NCBI GenBank assembly: GCA_038087875.1
Contig: CM075978.1
Location: 160,580,001 to 160,644,000, forward strand
DNA from: Malacoraja senta
Lineage: Eukaryota
DNA: 64,000 bases
Direction: 5' to 3'
Shown here piece by piece: positions 63,231 to 64,000 of the stretch (its first letter is position 1; each line of letters opens with the position of its first letter). The position numbers and the translations under genes were made by a program. A model generated the notes under the pieces. It saw only the letters and a program-made list of their open reading frames with translations. It did no database searches and was not told the DNA's origin.

Positions 63231-64000
63231 ATGCAAGACGTTAAACAAAAGAACCTAGGAGGAGTCACTTTCTACAGTTGGAATATAAGAGGTGTTAATG
63301 AACCTATTAAAAGGGGTAAGATATCAGCTCAGCTGAAATTGTACAATACTGACATCATCTTTCTACAAGAAACCCATCTCAAATCCCAGGATCAGGCTAG
63401 ATTGAGGGCGAATTGGATAGGTCAAATATATCATTCTTCATATACTTCGAAATCTAGAGGTACGTCAATCATTATTCGAAAAGGCACACCATTCAAAGCA
63501 AAGAATACCATAACAGATAAGGAAGGGAGATATTTGATAGTTACCGGAGAGATTCACGCTACCCCAATTACCTTGGTAAATATATACGCGCCTAACTTTG
63601 ATAATCCTAATTTTTTCAATAAAATCCTGAACATAATCGCAGAATCTAATTAACAAAATGTTATAATAGGAGGAGACTTTAACTGTGTTTTAGATCCGTA
63701 TTTAGATAAATCTAGCCAAAAACAGAGAGGTAATACGAAATCTAAAACTAGTGAACTCTTAAATACTTACATAAATAATACCAATATAACAGATGTTTGG
63801 AGAATTGCTAATCCGACTGGCAGGGAATACTCGTTTTATTCAATGGTACACAAAACATACTCACGTATAGATTATTTCCTGGTGGATACAAAATTAATCC
63901 CTTACACTGTGAACCCAAAATACCATACCAACTCAATCTCAGATCATTCACCGTTAACTTTCTTTTTAAAACTGGAAGGAATGTCTAAGAACAAATCGTT
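63231..64000 (+). pseudogene. L1 ORF2 APE endonuclease with an in-frame stop at 63651-63653
   Basis: SWNIRG, LQETH, NIYAPN, TAA, then the same frame gives IIGGDFNC...YSRIDYF...SDHSP. Confidence 0.9.

Larger units (their letters stand above)
61074..64000 (+). mobile_element. L1 element with an intact 5' end; runs off the window
   Basis: Starts ggacttccggtggcgccatg; short CpG-rich 5' UTR, ORF1, about 930-bp spacer, ORF2 APE domain. Confidence 0.93.

Overview
Repeat-dense eukaryotic DNA, almost certainly from a cartilaginous fish and probably a skate or ray; the assignment rests on HE1-type V-SINEs, HER1/CR1 LINE tails and Deu-domain SINE relics. The window appears to lie inside one large minus-strand gene. 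I find two phase-compatible coding exons for a coiled-coil protein (50136-50268 and 15937-16080). The rest is intron filled with transposons: many CR1 fragments, three L1 copies (two 5'-truncated with exact TSDs, one with an intact 5' end and ORF1), two Rex1/Babar LINEs, Penelope GIY-YIG fragments, a full-length Passport-like Tc1, three PIF/Harbinger-related elements, a hAT deletion derivative, and isolated termini of Helitron-, Tc2- and hAT-like elements. There is also a 1305-bp tandem duplication and two N gaps. The most striking signal is a family of about 15 short, non-coding Penelope-terminus elements. Most carry a minimal hammerhead-ribozyme core (CTGAAGA-A-GGGTCTCGACCC-GAAACGTC), many form fold-back palindromes, and several are flanked by their own 9-16 bp target-site duplications, so they appear to move as ribozyme-bearing mini-retroposons. 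All family assignments come from motif recognition by eye; no database search was run, and the boundaries of old repeats are approximate.
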